Numbered from the stretch's first letter, positions 33,911 to 48,170 are shown. The stretch: 64,000 nt of DNA from Oikopleura dioica (GCA_907165135.1 OU015568.1:7998001-8062000), one strand, 5' to 3'. The notes: a model not told the origin generated them from the letters alone. Numbers and translations: made by a program.

Positions 33911-36900
33911 TGAAAATATATTTAGCTTTATTCAAAAACGTAGGAATTTAAAAATTCCAGAAGATACGAAAAAGGCATTTGCGTCCATTTTCCATTTATT
34001 AACGAGTGTATAAAATTTATTTTACGCTTGGTGACATTTCTATCCCGGGCGTGGCGAGGCCTGTAGCTCAGGATAATCAGGGGCGATACCAAGTTCCGAT
34101 ATCTAACATTAGGGCCGCCGATAACGGCAGCTTTCCTCACTTTACTTAGATAGGTGATAAGGGAACAAGAGATCAGCATTGAGTAGCACTGAGCTCCGGA
34201 CGGAGCGGATTAACTTGTGTGTGCCCAATCGAGCGATAAGGGGTAGGCACGCGAGTTGGGCACGCGAATACAGACCCATCAATCAAAAAACTCTTATCAA
34301 AGCCGAGAGTGACAGATTCGACGTTTTTGGAAAAGAGATTTGAAAAATACAAAATTTAACAATCCGAGGTTACGAATCGCGAAAATTGTAACATCGAAAA
34401 ACCGCATGAGAATTCCGCTTTACATAATTTTAATTTGATTTATCGGCCTGTCCCACTAAGGTGTTAGAATGGTCGTAATGATAAAATCGAAACTGTAGCG
34501 CAAATGGTAAGTTTGATAAGCGATAAATCCCTTGGCAGGAGCTCTTGGCCCGTCGGAGAGCGCGAATTTTACGAACACTTCCGGCGTCGCTAAATTTGGC
34601 ACTATAATTCAGCGCATGTTGGTGCACTCGTCGCCAGTTGCGACCGTGCACCCTCCGCGGTCGTCCGTTTACGACATCCGGAAACGCGTGGTTTTTAACC
34701 CCTTATCGCGAGCATGGCCACTAGAACTCGATATCCGAATCTACATTTCTGGGAGCTCTCACACCGCAAGATCATCAAATGAAACACAGACAGACAATTA
34801 AAATCATGTCTAAGTGATCCGGGACGCATTTTCACATGAGAGTCATCATGAATACCGTAAGCTACTACTAGTTGGCGCCTCATAACTGTATTTATAAGTT
34901 AAAAGTAGCGGGCTTATTTGCGCAGTTCCATGAAAGCTTCCTGTACCTGGGCGCCACTTCCGGAAATTTTTCGATTTCAAAAAAGTCTCCCCAGGCCCCA
35001 CCAAAACGTCGGAGTCTTTACTGTCAATATTTATCAAAAATGTCAATCAAAGGCTGTTTACTATGCGTCGCCAATTGATGAGTGACCTTGAGCAAGCTCA
35101 AAATGCAAAAACTTTTTACCCCACGGGCGCATGTGCCCAAAAATAGGGACTCAAACAGGCGTATTTATAAACAAATCAAATGTGTGTGAGCGCGTGTGCC
35201 CAAATTCGAAAAAAATGTCAGGGGCAAGTTTGGGCACCTTGACACATGCAGTCACATTAGCATTGAAACAACAATGAGTTTTTGTGTAAATGCTTCCTCG
35301 AAAAGCAAATTCCGTCTTTGAGAAAACATGAAAGCTTTGTTTTTCCTCCATGATTTCAATGAAACAAGCAATTTTATACAGAAAAGTGAGCATATTTAGT
35401 CACCAGCTTGTAAAATATGAAATTTTTCATAGTGCAAATTTTCATTATTCCTTCACTACATGAGCCGGAAACCACTTTTAAATGTCAGTTCGCGATACTG
35501 TCGCTCTAAAGATGATCCGCGCGGACTGACTGGCGGGACTTGTAAATCCGCTCGGTACCAGAAAAGCGGCAGTATCAAAGAAAGTTTTGGTTTTACCGCA
35601 GATGCTCTTATAAAACTCTTACCTGACAGTGCTCCGATATCCTGTGGATAAGCAGCTGGGAAGGAGTAAGACTGAGAAGTGAAGACATTGTCCTGAAAAT
35701 TGGTTAAAACAAAAATTTACTTTTCCACCAAAAGAACTGTATTTATTTGCTCTGGTCTTACCTGGGAAGTAGGAAACTGGGGGTTCCACTGATGGGGAAA
35801 CGCATAGTGCGAAAATGAGTTGTAGAGATTGTGTTGATGATGTCCGTTCGGGAACATTTTGTCCACAGCGAAGTTCTCTGAAAGAGAATAAATCTCTAAT
35901 ATAATTTTTGATTTTCACGATTTTAGCGATAGAAAAAACGGTTACTGTTAGCCCACGGTGCTTGTTTGATGGCCAGATGCGCTAATCAAAATGATAAGGG
36001 ATCCTCGTCCTTTTGTTATTTAGCTTCTTACTGGAGTGCGTAAGAGAGGGTGACGGGAAAAATCGTTAGTTTCAACGTACCTATTTGTTCGATCTTGGTG
36101 GCAGCTGATAAGTCGAGTTCTGCGTGATTGCTGTGACTGGGGATGAGTTCGAGATCAGGCGGAGCGACGGTTTGCGGCGGTTGTTGTCGGGAAGGCTCCT
36201 CAGTGGGTGGGATAAGAGTCTCGTATGCAGTAAAGGACGTTTCCGCCGATGTTCTCTCCTAGAAGTAGCGATTGGAACTCTGATTGGAAGTGATTTAATG
36301 TGAGCAAGTGCGCCATCGCGAATTCGCGCGAGCGTGCCTCTGTGTGCCCAACTTGCGCTCGCGATGTTATCCCATTGACAAACACGCTCAGGGAATAAGG
36401 GGCGATACCTGTTTTATCTCGGACTCGTCTCTCATGATGACGCTCGTATCTCTACTCAATTATCTCTATCTCGCGCTTGCGGGCAAGATAGGCTACGTGT
36501 GGGACCAGAACTTTCGTGCCTCCAGGTTTTTTTCGCCGACGCGCTGGCGCCAACCTCCGAGAGGGTCGAGGGAGGGGGCTTATCACCTACCTACATTCCA
36601 ACGCGCACTCACTCATTCTCACAATCTGGTTGAAAAAAGGAGAAAACTTCAACCAACCCGGCCGAAATTCTTTTTCAATGTTCTTTCTCACACGAGCCAT
36701 CGATGATTCAACTGACCCGGGCTTACCTCATGTGGGAAACTGTATTTGGCAACTTTTGCCACTGGCGGTCCATAGTCGTCCAACTCAGGTGAAGGTACCT
36801 CGAGGGAAGGCATTTTTATTTATCTCGGCGATGATATGAGGTTATCAGGTTTTCAGCTTCTATTTGAGGGAGATATAAATAGATGGCGCTATTTTGTGCT

Positions 36901-38135
36901 CTGCGCTACATTAGGATATCTCTCAGCCTTGCGGGTAATTAGCCTGTCACCACGATCTCCTGCTGATACATAATGATACCCAGTGCGTCGCTTTTCTTTC
37001 GATTTGAAGGTGATGAAAGACAGACAAATATCTACCCATTTTCACAAAAGACGAGAAAACATAATTCTCGCAAGATATGAAGATCCCCTTCTATGTACTC
37101 TTCCTTGATTTCAATATTTGCCCGGCTCATTTTTATCAAATTGGAAGCGACTTTTAAACGAGGATAAGATTTTTGTGCAAGGAACAAAAAGAAACAGTCA
37201 TTTCTTCACCGGGAGAGATTGGACTTTTTACGTTGCGGAAAACGCGTGGCGGGGCCGAGATTACGAGGTGACACTATCAGCCTCATGATGTTTAATTTTG
37301 ACTTGTGTGGCGCCTATGAGATGGATGGGTGGATGCAAGAATTGATGGAATGAAAATGAAGTTTTGCCATTCTGCTTCCGCCTGTCAAAAAGAAATAACA
37401 GATAACAACTTCAACGAAAAAAAATCAGCTATCATATTTATAAAACAACAATAGAGACTCATCATTTGACTTCCACATCTATTCAGCAGGTTACAACAGC
37501 AATACAAATTTGCGCTTTCAAAACTGATGTGCTAAGCATAATCCAAAGACTGTAGCTATGCCGTTTATATAAAATTATGAAAGTTCTGAAGAGCCGCTTG
37601 AGTAACCTCCCTTCTTCGCCGTTTTCTGATAAGACTTCAAAGGGGACCGTTTATCGAAATTGCCAAGGCAATGATCCGATGTTATCAATTTACTTGTGGC
37701 CGAAAATTTACGAAGCTATCGCTTTCAACAATTTGAGGACTTTTACTTTGTTTATTCAGTTGTGATACGCGCAGTCAAGAATATAGTGAAAGTGGCATAA
37801 ATGATTTATCGCCTTGATAAATATCACTTTCCCGCAGAGCCGTGATAAAATGAAGAGGTACCTGGATTCTGGTAGTTACCGAATGATTCTCCTGCGTCAG
37901 GAAATTGTCTTTTTCAGTTAAAAATAGAATGAAAAAGTGCCTTCGTGGAATTAATTAACTTTTCCTGTTTCGCTGGATGCCAAATTGAGATGGATAAGAT
38001 GCATTACTGGACTGTTGATTGAAATTCTGTTCATTTCTTCTGTTTTGCCCGAAAGTACCAGGGTTTCCACTTGCTCCGAAAAATGATCCCCGATTTATCT
38101 GCTCCCCCTCTTGATTCCGACTAACGGGATTTGCG

Positions 38136-38818
38136 CTATTTTGATGTCGCTAAAATAAGAATAAAAATAGAAAACTGTGATTCAAAATAACTTGAAAGCT
38201 CGACATAAACGAGTTTCCTCCTGTTGACTGGTTTCCCAGAGAATTCGGCGCAGGTGTTAATCCATGCATTTGATTTGGGAAAGTAGACTTTCCAGGAGCA
38301 CTTTGATAACGTTGATTCTAAAAAAAGTTGATAAGAAGGTGATAAAAATGTGTTCATACTTGGTTGAAGTTTGACTGTGCATTCATTTGAGGACCAAACA
38401 TTCCTTGTTGGTGGTAATATTGCTGATGGGGAGCATTTTGTGGAGTTTGATGGTACGGGTTCTGATGGGGGAACGCTCTTTGTGCAGGCTGTTGTCGCCA
38501 AGGCATTTGAGCATGTCCTTGGGCCCAATGATTCAGACCGAGATTTTGAGGAGCATAATGTTGATTTTGACCGGGCATGGGAACTCCTGGATGGGACATT
38601 TCTTGATGAGGAAAGTTAGAACGAGGATGAAAGTTTTGCTCTTGAAGACTTTCGGCTCCTCGTTGATCATGCTGAGTTTTTCTAATACGAGATGAGCCCT
38701 GAGAGTTCGTTGATTTCGACGAATGAGCAGGTGATGACTTTCCAGTTTGCTGATGGAACGCTTGCTGGTGCTGCAGATGCTGGTTATAAGCTTGTTCTTG
38801 CGCTTTCATGGCTTCCAT
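38136..38818 (-). CDS. Q/H/P-rich protein of unknown function (3' end unresolved)
   Basis: ATG 38818 after ttttAG, 27 bp downstream of the aminopeptidase stop. Low-complexity ORF 38354-38848. Confidence 0.5.
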
Positions 38819-38844
38819 TTGTTCTAAAAAGTTGAAAGTTTTTG

Positions 38845-41501
38845 TCAATTAGGTGTCATACTTTCACGTTGATCTTCTTCAAAAGCTTGCGCTTCAGCAT
38901 ATTCAAGCCATCGTTTCTTGAGCATCATTTTCGGCGCCGCCTTGGAAATCGCTTCTTTCAACTGCGGAAACTCCTTCTGCAATTCATGCGCTTCCTTCAT
39001 CATTTCTTTTGACGAGAATGAACCCAACAGATTTCCAATGAACTCACCGCAATTCGGATAGTTTTTCACTTAAAATTTGTCGTTGCATGTTTTCGAGAAT
39101 CAAATTTTTACAAAAGTCGTCGATATTTGTCTTCAACCAGATCCAAACTTTTTCCTTCGAAACTTGCGATAGCTTTGAAAGACCCTCAATAACATTGGCT
39201 TCTGGATCGTTCATAAGTCCCTGAACCAAGGTAGTGCCGTTATCTTCAGATATTCGAACTTACCTCAATAGCGGGAAGGACAAACTCGTCCGGGACAAAA
39301 TCAAGCAAATGACTGTATCGGCCTGTCGTTTCCGGCCTTAGATCTTCAATAACTGTCCGAAGTTGAGTTTGTTCAATATCATTTGGATTGATCCACTTGA
39401 GTGCACTGCTTCGCTCGCCATTTTTCAGCAGATAGCCGCAGATAATTGCTTTCAGCGCTCGATCTTGTTGTATCTGTTTGGTTTTACATTATCATAAGAA
39501 CTAGAATAAAAAGCGAAGGATAAAAGTAAATAGAAAACCGTATCAGATGATTTGAGTTTTGGAACCACGTCGACCATCGTTTTGATAAGGCTGCATTTCA
39601 AGGAATCGTCAGAATCGTCTGATAGAAGGGGACATCGCTCGAGATCGTCCAAGAGTGACCTCCAGACAAATAGATTGGTTTCTGCCTTGAGTGTCTCGTA
39701 GACGACTCCGAGCATTCTAAAAATAGCTTGTATTTCGGAAACGATTTCAGTGGTTACTTTGGTGGGAGAAGACACTGCTCCGCAAAAATAAATGCCGAGT
39801 GGTAGAAAAATTGTCTGTCGAGTGGGCTCATCTCGCCGATTACTTTCAGTAAATTCGTCAATATTGCTGGATCATAATTGACGACAAAGTATCCAGTTGC
39901 ATTTTGATTGAAAAGTACCCAGCCAGTTTTTTCGTCGACCTCAGTTACTGTGATTCGAACGGATTCACTTTCTAGCGGCAAGGACATTTTTTCTTCTTTG
40001 TCGGAAGAAGTGAACTGGATCCATAGTGGCCAGATCTTTGGACTTGGCGTCGAGCTTCGTTGAGAAATTTCAATAGTCAGATTGCTATTCTGCCAGTTTA
40101 CAACTCTGACGGTGACGATTGGGTATCCTTCTTGCTCAAGCCAAGGGAGAATTGTTTCTTTTTCTTCGAATGCTTCGAGGACATCTTCTGTTTTGATCGT
40201 CTCTCCTGCTTTTGAGCTGATAAGTTCTCGAATTTTGTCACGGAAAACTTCAAAGCCGAGTTTTTGCTGCAAGTGAAGGAGAACAGTAGCGCCTTTTGAG
40301 TAGCTGAGAGGGTTGAATGCTTCATGTTCTTTCCCAGGAGCGATTTCTTTCAAAACAGAGCCGTTCCCAAAGTCCGCTTTGAATGCGGTTCTCGTGAATC
40401 TGGAGAAGAACCATTCGAAGATATTCCAATCAGGGAAGATTTCATCTATGGCGAGATGCTGGAATAGAGTGGCAAATGCTTCTTTGACCCACATGTCGCT
40501 CCACCATTCGATACTGACAGAATTCCCAAACCATTGGTGTGCAACTTCATGAGCGATTGTTAACGCAACATGAATCTTCTCGAGAAAAGTTGTTTCTCTG
40601 GTTAAAAGAAGGACATCAGACTTGAAAATAAGCAATCCTGGGTTTTCCATCGCCCCGGCAATCATCTTGGGAACTGCGAGCAAATCTAATTTCGGGAAGG
40701 GCATTTTGGAGGCGAAGTATTTTTCGAAAAACTCGATGCATCCAAGAGCGACTTCAAGAGCAAAGTTGTGATTTTTCTCCGGCTCCGCTTCATAAGGTTC
40801 AATTCGAAATTCCTCTAAAACTCAGAATAGGTATTATCGAAGTAACCTTTCCTGAGAAAATACGAACGGGACCCACTTCTGCTTGGCAAGCAAAGTTTCC
40901 AGAAGCAAATGCGAACTGATAAGTGGGAATCGCTTCCGTTCGCTCAAACACAACTAAGTCACCATCCAACTCTGACTTGTGGAGAGTATTTGAAAGTACT
41001 GTAGCTCCCTCATTGACTCGCAGTCGAAGAGTAAACGGAGTTCGGTGGACAGGCTCATCAAAGCACGGAAGGGCTTCTCTAGCGTGAGTGGGTTCGAAGT
41101 GAGTGAAGATTATGTTGGTAGAGGGGTCTTTATTAATTCCAAGAGTGTTTGTGGAGTACGGAGCACTGTAAATTATTCTGATTTCATGATCTCCTCGACT
41201 GATTACACCGTCACGTGATCTGATGGTCAACATATCGGAATTTTCATCCCAAGTGTAGTCCACATCGCTGCCATCAACGCTCACCTAAATGATTTGCCAC
41301 AAATGCCAATTTGCTGCTCTACTATTTGCCAAATTTCCTAACCTGTTGATACTTGAACCCCTTGGCGTGCACACGCAGCTGCTCATTTTCCGTCTTTACA
41401 TTGACCTTTATTTTGACATCTCCGGCAAAATGTTGACTCTCGCGCAGGTCCAAGGTCAGAAAATACTCTACAGGTGTGACGCTTTTGCTCAAAAAGTACA
41501 T
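38845..41501 (-). CDS. M1 family zinc aminopeptidase (puromycin-sensitive-like)
   Basis: GAMEN, HEVAH-x18-E, YSKGA and FEPTHAREALPCFDEP motifs; ERAP1_C-like tail over several exons. Confidence 0.9.
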
Positions 41502-42032
41502 ATTTGCGAGTAAAGGGGACTATGCCAAACGCTCCCCGGAACTGGACCATTTCCGTCGTTATATAACCTTATCAAAACTACCATTTCCTTATATAATTGC
41601 TATGAATAATTTCAGATACTTTTTTGATTTTAAGAATCAATCAACAGTCATTCGCTTTTGACATGGCTCAAGCAGGACGATAAGCGAGTCAAACTTTTTC
41701 TGTTTCGTTTCCAAATTGTTTCTCTCTGCCGGAAGCGATTCTCCCGATACTTTCTAGTTTATCAACGTCAAAGTAAACGAACTCCCCAACGATACTGTCA
41801 ATCACAGCTCCGGACAAATCGGCTACTACAGCAAAGCTTAAACGAGTTCTATCTAATGGCGGATATCGTGGAAACTTAGAGACACTAACATTTATTTTTC
41901 CATGATTTTGATCACGCTTAGATTGCTATTTTTATAACTCTCTCACGTATTCATCGTCAGTGATACCAACCGTTTTCCCTTCTCAATATAAATTCGCTTC
42001 AGCTTTGAAATAGAAGTTTAAAAATATCTTCA

Positions 42033-43570
42033 ATGGAAAAAACAAGTTCTTCGATTAGAGATTCTTCAAAAGAACAAGAAAAATGTTCTGTTAAATCCGT
42101 TTATGATGAGAATGAAACAGAATTAGAGGCTACGCAAGAAACGAAGCTGATATCACCAACTTATCAGCCGTCAAGTTACCAGTATTCTGAGAGTTCGATT
42201 GGAGAGTTTAGGGACATTGATATTACTGACGTCGCGATGCTAAACATTCTCAAACCAATTCCCGAAGAAGAAGAAACGAAGGTGAAGATGAAAAAGAGTC
42301 GAGGCTACCAGTTTTTGTCAATTTTTCTTGGGATAAGTTTGCTTATATTGATAGGTGCATTTATATGGTTCACAAAGACACCTTACAATATCCGCTTGCA
42401 AAATACAATTAACGAGTTGCAAGACGAAACCCGGAGCATCTCACAAAAACTTTTTCATAAAGTGAAGATGAACAAAAAGCTAAGAGAAGGAACCTCATAT
42501 TGGAATTTGCCTCACGAAAATACGCTGATGATTCTCGCAGCGTCTGAAAATAATAAAATCAGCTATCTACTGAAGCAAAACTACTGGTCGAAAAATGTTA
42601 CTATTAATATGCCTTCTTCAAATCAAAAATCTCAGTACCTTCAAGACTCGATATCAGCTTCTATCCGCGGAAAAATTTACATTTTCGGAGGTTTTATTAC
42701 AGCTAAAGACAGTTATGCAGCATCTTTCCGGGTAAATTCACTGCGTTTTTGAATAATATTCGTAAAAATTAAAGATTGCAATGATCGATGACTGTCAAAT
42801 CAAAGAGATAGATCTGAGACTTGGGCTATCAATTAATTTTCAGTCCGCCGCAGTTACGATGGCTGATCAAGAATCAGGTTTGGAATTCTAATAAACCCTT
42901 CTAAAAAATTATTTCAAGCGTTGATTTGCTTTGAAAACCAAAGTTTCAAGAAATGCGAAGAGTTCAATGGCAGCGACGTTGTGTCAAGACCCTCAACAAC
43001 CTATTCTCACGACAGTGCTTGTATGGGAATTCACGAAAGGAATTCGGTAGTTGTTGGCTCTTTTGAGGAAGAAGGCGCCAATAAAGTAGAAAAATTCAAT
43101 GGAACAAGTTGGACAAAACTTCCCGATCACCCGAAGTAATTTAAAAGACAACGCATATTAATTTCTATACTAGGGCATTAAATGGTCATTCTTGCATCGG
43201 AGTTGAAGCTGGCATGCTTGTTCTTGGCGGCTTTGACAATGATGAAGACAGTTATAATGTGGAAGTCTTTTTGCTGAGGGATGCGATGTGGACTATTGTT
43301 GGGCAGCTGAATAAATTCGTTAGAATCGTCAGCCTTTTGTGAAATTTCATATTTTTTTTTAGCATTGGTTCTCCTCTCCACTCAAAATTGGCAAATTTAT
43401 ATATCTCGTTAGTGGCTATGAACAACCGTAAGGCATTCTTATTTATCAGCAACGTAAGTTTCTTAGCTTTCCTGTGGAAGAGCTTCAGTGGAATGGAACT
43501 GAAGTAACGAACGCTAAGGTTATTGGCAACAATTGTTGTCCCACCAACAGACCGATCATCTTTCAAGTTG
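42033..43570 (+). CDS. Type II membrane protein with kelch/beta-propeller-like ectodomain
   Basis: Single TM (FLSIFLGISLLILIGAFIWF), then IYIFGG, VVVGS..VEKF..W and LVLGG motifs in successive exons. 3' end approximate. Confidence 0.6.
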
Positions 43571-43850
43571 ATGAGTTTTACTGCTTCGACACTGCGAAAT
43601 AAGATCTGCGAATAAAGAAAACAAAAAGTTTCGAAGAATAATTTCAAGGAAACTTTTTCAAAGAATGGAAGAAGACCAGCAAAATTTATTTGAACTTAAA
43701 AACTAACATGTTGGGCGATAACACACAAAACTGGGGGAATGAGCGGTTTACGGTAATTTTGATGGTCCGATCCGCCAATAAGTTAAGGGTAGGTTAAACG
43801 ATTTTTCGATTTTCAGATTAGTCGTTTACAGAAAGAATGGGAATGGCTCC

Positions 43851-45969
43851 TTAGGCTTTGTAGTTAGCAGCGAATTCGACTCCCTTCTTAATTTCTCCGG
43901 CGAGCTGCTTGCAAGCGGCAGAGACGAGGTCCTGTTCGAACTGGTTGAGCTCGCCGAGTCCAAGGTTCTCCTTGACTCGACCGTCAGCACCGAGGAGGAG
44001 TGGGGTGGAGAAGTAGTCAACATCGACACCGGGGAGGTTCTCGGCCTTGATGTAAGCGCACTCGACGACTTCCTCGCCGTTCATGGCTCGGATGACGGAG
44101 TCAGCGAATCGGGCAGCGGCGTAGGCCATGGAGAGAGTGGCAGATCCACCACCAGCCTTGGCCTGAACGACTTCGGTACCGGCGTTCTGGATTCGCTCGG
44201 TGAGGGCGGAGATCTCATCAGCGTTGAGAGAGTCGATGCAGCCAGCGGGCTGGACCTGGGAAAGGACGGGGATGATGGTAACACCAGCGTGGCCACCGAT
44301 GACTGGGACGTGGACGTCGTTGGGGTCCTGGGATCCGAGGACGGAGACGAACTCGTTAGCCCGGACGATATCTGTAAGGTTTTATGAGCAAATGAATATT
44401 TTGACTGTTTTTACCGAGGGTGGTGACACCGTAGATTCGGGAAGCATCAACGCCGAGCTGCTTGTAGACCTCGGTGGCGATTGGGACGGTGGAGTTGACG
44501 GGGTTGCAGATGATACCGACAACAGCGTTAGGGGCGGCCTTGGCACAGGCAGCGGTGAGCTGAGCAACGATGGTGGCGTTGGTGTTGAAGCTAGATAAAA
44601 ATGAGAATCGGTAACAAGGATCATTGACTTACAGATCGTCTCGGGTCATGCCTGGCTTTCGTGGGACACCAGCGGGGATGAGGACAACATCGGCACCTCG
44701 GACGGCTTCCTCCATTGTGGCGGAGTCAGAACCAACGAATCCGGTAACTCGGGACTAAGAGAAGCGGTTAGAAGTAGTTTTCAAACAAATTCTTACTTTG
44801 GTATCGATGTGGGAAAGATCAGCGGCAACACCAGGGGTGACTGGGTTGACATCGAAGCAAGAGACGTTGGTGACGGAGTTGTTGCACTTGAGGAGGAGGG
44901 CGAGGGGCTGTCCGATTCCTCCGGCGGCGCCGAGAACAGCAACGTTCTTGTTGACCTGGGTGGTGGTGGAGAGGGCTCGGGCGGTGGCTCGGGACAAGGT
45001 CTCGGATTTGATGTGGCCCACTGTGCGCGAAAAGGGTTCTTCCAAAATGGCGCACAAAAAGATGTGCGTGGGTTTTTCGGAGCGCAAAGGAGCTGCGATC
45101 GAGGCTCGATCACACCGCGGATATTTGGGATAATCTCGCGCACATATTTTTGTGATCGAGTCACAGCGACCGAATTCTGATGAGTTTTGTTCATCAATTA
45201 AATAGTTTATTCTATTGAATTATAATCATGGACTTAATTACCTTAATTTGAATTAATCTTATCATAATAATAAGTAGAGAACATTAATTAAATTATTGAT
45301 ATTTTCAATTTATGAAAGAAATTTATCTTATGACTAAAATAGACGAATAAACTCCTGATTTAGGAGTCAGAATCCGAACTTTCGATTGATACCTCATTTT
45401 AAATAGGTTATTTACTTGGTTTCAATAAGTATCACGTGAGTTATGGCTGTTTGAAGACGAAAAATTATATATTTTCCGGCCAATCTGATTTTACTGACAC
45501 TTCCTGGCGCCAAGCGCCACTGACAGGGATTACCACGACCTATTTTTGGGGGTACGAGAGGTAAAAGGGCCTCACCGATAAAAAAAAAACTCGTGTTCCG
45601 GGTTCGTGTTAATCAATTAATCTTATGATTCGTAAGTTATGAATATTATAAATGAATTAAATTAACAACTTTCATAAAAGTAAGTTAAAAAAAGGCGCAT
45701 GATTCATTATTTCCTTGTTTTCAAAGTCATGAATGCCCATCCCTTACTTTTGAATCACGCGAATTTTGTGACTGAAAATTTTCGATCACATCAATCTGTG
45801 ATCGAGAGCTGTGACCGGCCACATCAGATTTGGCGATGTGCGCGAGTGAATCACAGCACTTTCTGTGATCCGCGAATCCCGCGCACATCTTTTTGTGATA
45901 CATTTCGGGGGACTCATTTTCTCGCACAGCGGGCCACACCAAATCCGAGACCTTGGCTCGGGAGAACAT
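43851..45969 (-). CDS. MDH2: Mitochondrial malate dehydrogenase
   Basis: [45 protein letters not shown]-type region, [11 protein letters not shown] and [18 protein letters not shown] 45969 is separated from the rest by a 951-nt TE-derived intron. Confidence 0.95.
44995..45955. mobile_element. hAT-type MITE (961 bp) inserted in codon 5 of MDH2
   Basis: ~39-bp TIR caaggtctcggattt(g/a)tgtggccc... with 3 mismatches. 8-bp TSD gctcggga at 44987-44994 and 45956-45963. Confidence 0.93.
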
Positions 45970-46026
45970 TCTAAAAGAATTCAAATTAAGATTGGATCTG
46001 ACTCGTGGGAAAGCTAGTAGTTGTTA

Positions 46027-46502
46027 TGTAGTGGTTATTACTATGCTGCGAATATGACTTTTGCAGCAAGTTCAAATCGAGCGCGCTCAATGGTCATAAA
46101 ACCATTAGCGCGCGCATTTCAAAACCGCTCACCTCCAGCGCTGGCCCAGCATGGCCCATAAAACGATTACCGCCCTAGCCCACTACAAAATTTTACGACT
46201 ACCTCCCTTTGTGGCTACTACCTACCGCTACCTCATTGGCTACCACCGACACGGTTGGTACCCATTGTTCTGAATACGGCTACCACCTACTGTCTATAAA
46301 TAGCGCCTCATCCTTTTCTGTACACTCATACACTCATTCACCATTCACGCAAATCCACGAAAGCCCAAAAAGGGTAAAATACTGTTCTGCTCCTACTGAC
46401 TGCTCTGTCAGTACAATAAACGCTCCGTAGTTGTTTCAACTACCCCCACAACAAAACGCGTTAGTCTCCAACATTTGTTATTGCATATATAAAAGCACTA
46501 CA
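46027..46502 (+). repeat. 5' LTR
   Basis: Direct repeat of 53855-54330; contains TATAAA and AATAAA. Confidence 0.97.
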
Positions 46503-46833
46503 AATTTTGGTGACTGAAAAACGGCGAGGAACTTTAAGACTAGAGTCCATCGCTTAAAGTTCGAAGACCCCCGAAGCCTACTTTACCGACAACGATACGA
46601 AAAGAGCTGCTGCCTACGATCTCCGAAAAAAGAAACCTTCAACAAAGGTTAGTACCCGGTTCAAAGGTCCCTAGATATTTTCAATAGTCCAGAGCGAGTC
46701 CCACTGAGCGGAGTGACTTCCATAAGAAGCGCCACCGACAGGAAAGCTTTTAGGACTTATAGGATCGGACCTTTAAGAAAAAGGCACCAAACCAAGAGCT
46801 CTTACCAAATTTCTACTCATTCTATTTGAAATC

Positions 46834-48170
46834 ATGTCTGAACTCTATTTCAAGCACGTACAAGACCTTAACAAAGGGGAACTACTAGTTATTTACGATA
46901 ACCTCGAGGGAAAAACTTACCCACCAAAATCCCCATAAGCGATAAAGAATCAATTTGCCACAATATTCTAGCTTTGGATAAAGATTTCTTTGTCAAAAAT
47001 AGGAAATATGTCTTTGAGAAAAGTGCTGATGGCCAATTCGTAAGATATTTTCCTCAGTACCAAGAGGACTGCCAAAACCAAAAATTCGCGCAAGCTCGTC
47101 ATAAAAATGACACAGAAAAGATTTTGGCGTCCCGAAATGTAGAAAATCTAGATGCTTTGATCACATCGCTCAAAATAGAAACTGAATCTGTTTCAGGCTC
47201 AGAGCTTTCAAATGATTCGTCAGCTGATTCAGCTGATGAAACGGTCATTCAAGACGGCCAGGAAGCTCCGAAGCCACGAAAACAAAAGGTGAAAACTGAA
47301 AAGCCGGAATCAAAAGATGTGCCGCGTTTCAAGAAAGAATCGAAATCGACACACATTCCAAAGCAACAGTTTGAACCAAAAATTTCGCGTTCTTCAAATC
47401 TAAAAGTAAAACCCCCACGTTATGACGCATCGATCCCGATCCCAGCTTGGCTTAAAATCTTGAAATCTATGCACGATGTTCAAATCTTTCTAGCAGCGAA
47501 ATTATAACCGTTGCACTAACATCGTTGCTCAATGAGTCCGAAGGATCTCATATAATCCAATCTCTGGAGTCGGAAGACATGCAAGACTGGGGCAGATTTA
47601 AAGATCGATTAACAAGTATGCTTGGGAAGGATAAAGAGTTCTTTAAACAGCAATTTAAAGATTACCAAAGAGGTAGTGACAGTTTCGGACTAGCCCTCTC
47701 AAAGATCACATCATACTATAAACAGGGCTACGACCTCACTCACCTCAATGAAAATGATCGTTCTATAATTATAGAAAGATTTTGCGAAAGCCAGTATCAG
47801 AAAATGAAAGAACTTTTGATGCGAGAAAAGTCACAGCTCACTCTTGAGAACATAGCGAAGCGAGCAGCGGAAATTGAGGCCTCCATTCCAAAAGGAGATC
47901 AACTTCAGTATCCAAGCTGAAGATGATGAAAAAGCTCGTTTCCGCGAACTCGTTAACAAGCTCTACCAAAAACTTGACTCTTCCCAAAGCACACACTCCA
48001 AATCGGGCAGCAAACGATCAAAAAGGTCGAAAATCGACATTGAAAAACTGAAAGGGCACTGTTTTTCGTACACAAAGTACAACAGATGCAAATTTGCAGA
48101 AAACTGCAAATACATCCATTCTGACAAAGTTCCAGCAGACGTTTTGGACTATGTGAAAAAACAGGAGTGA
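46834..48170 (+). CDS. gag: gag (three apparent 1-nt frameshifts) ending in a CCCH zinc finger
   Basis: ATG 46834; fragments 46974-47507, 47525-47920 and 47874-48170 join by single-base shifts. CFSYTKYNRCKFAENCKYIH motif. Confidence 0.8.
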
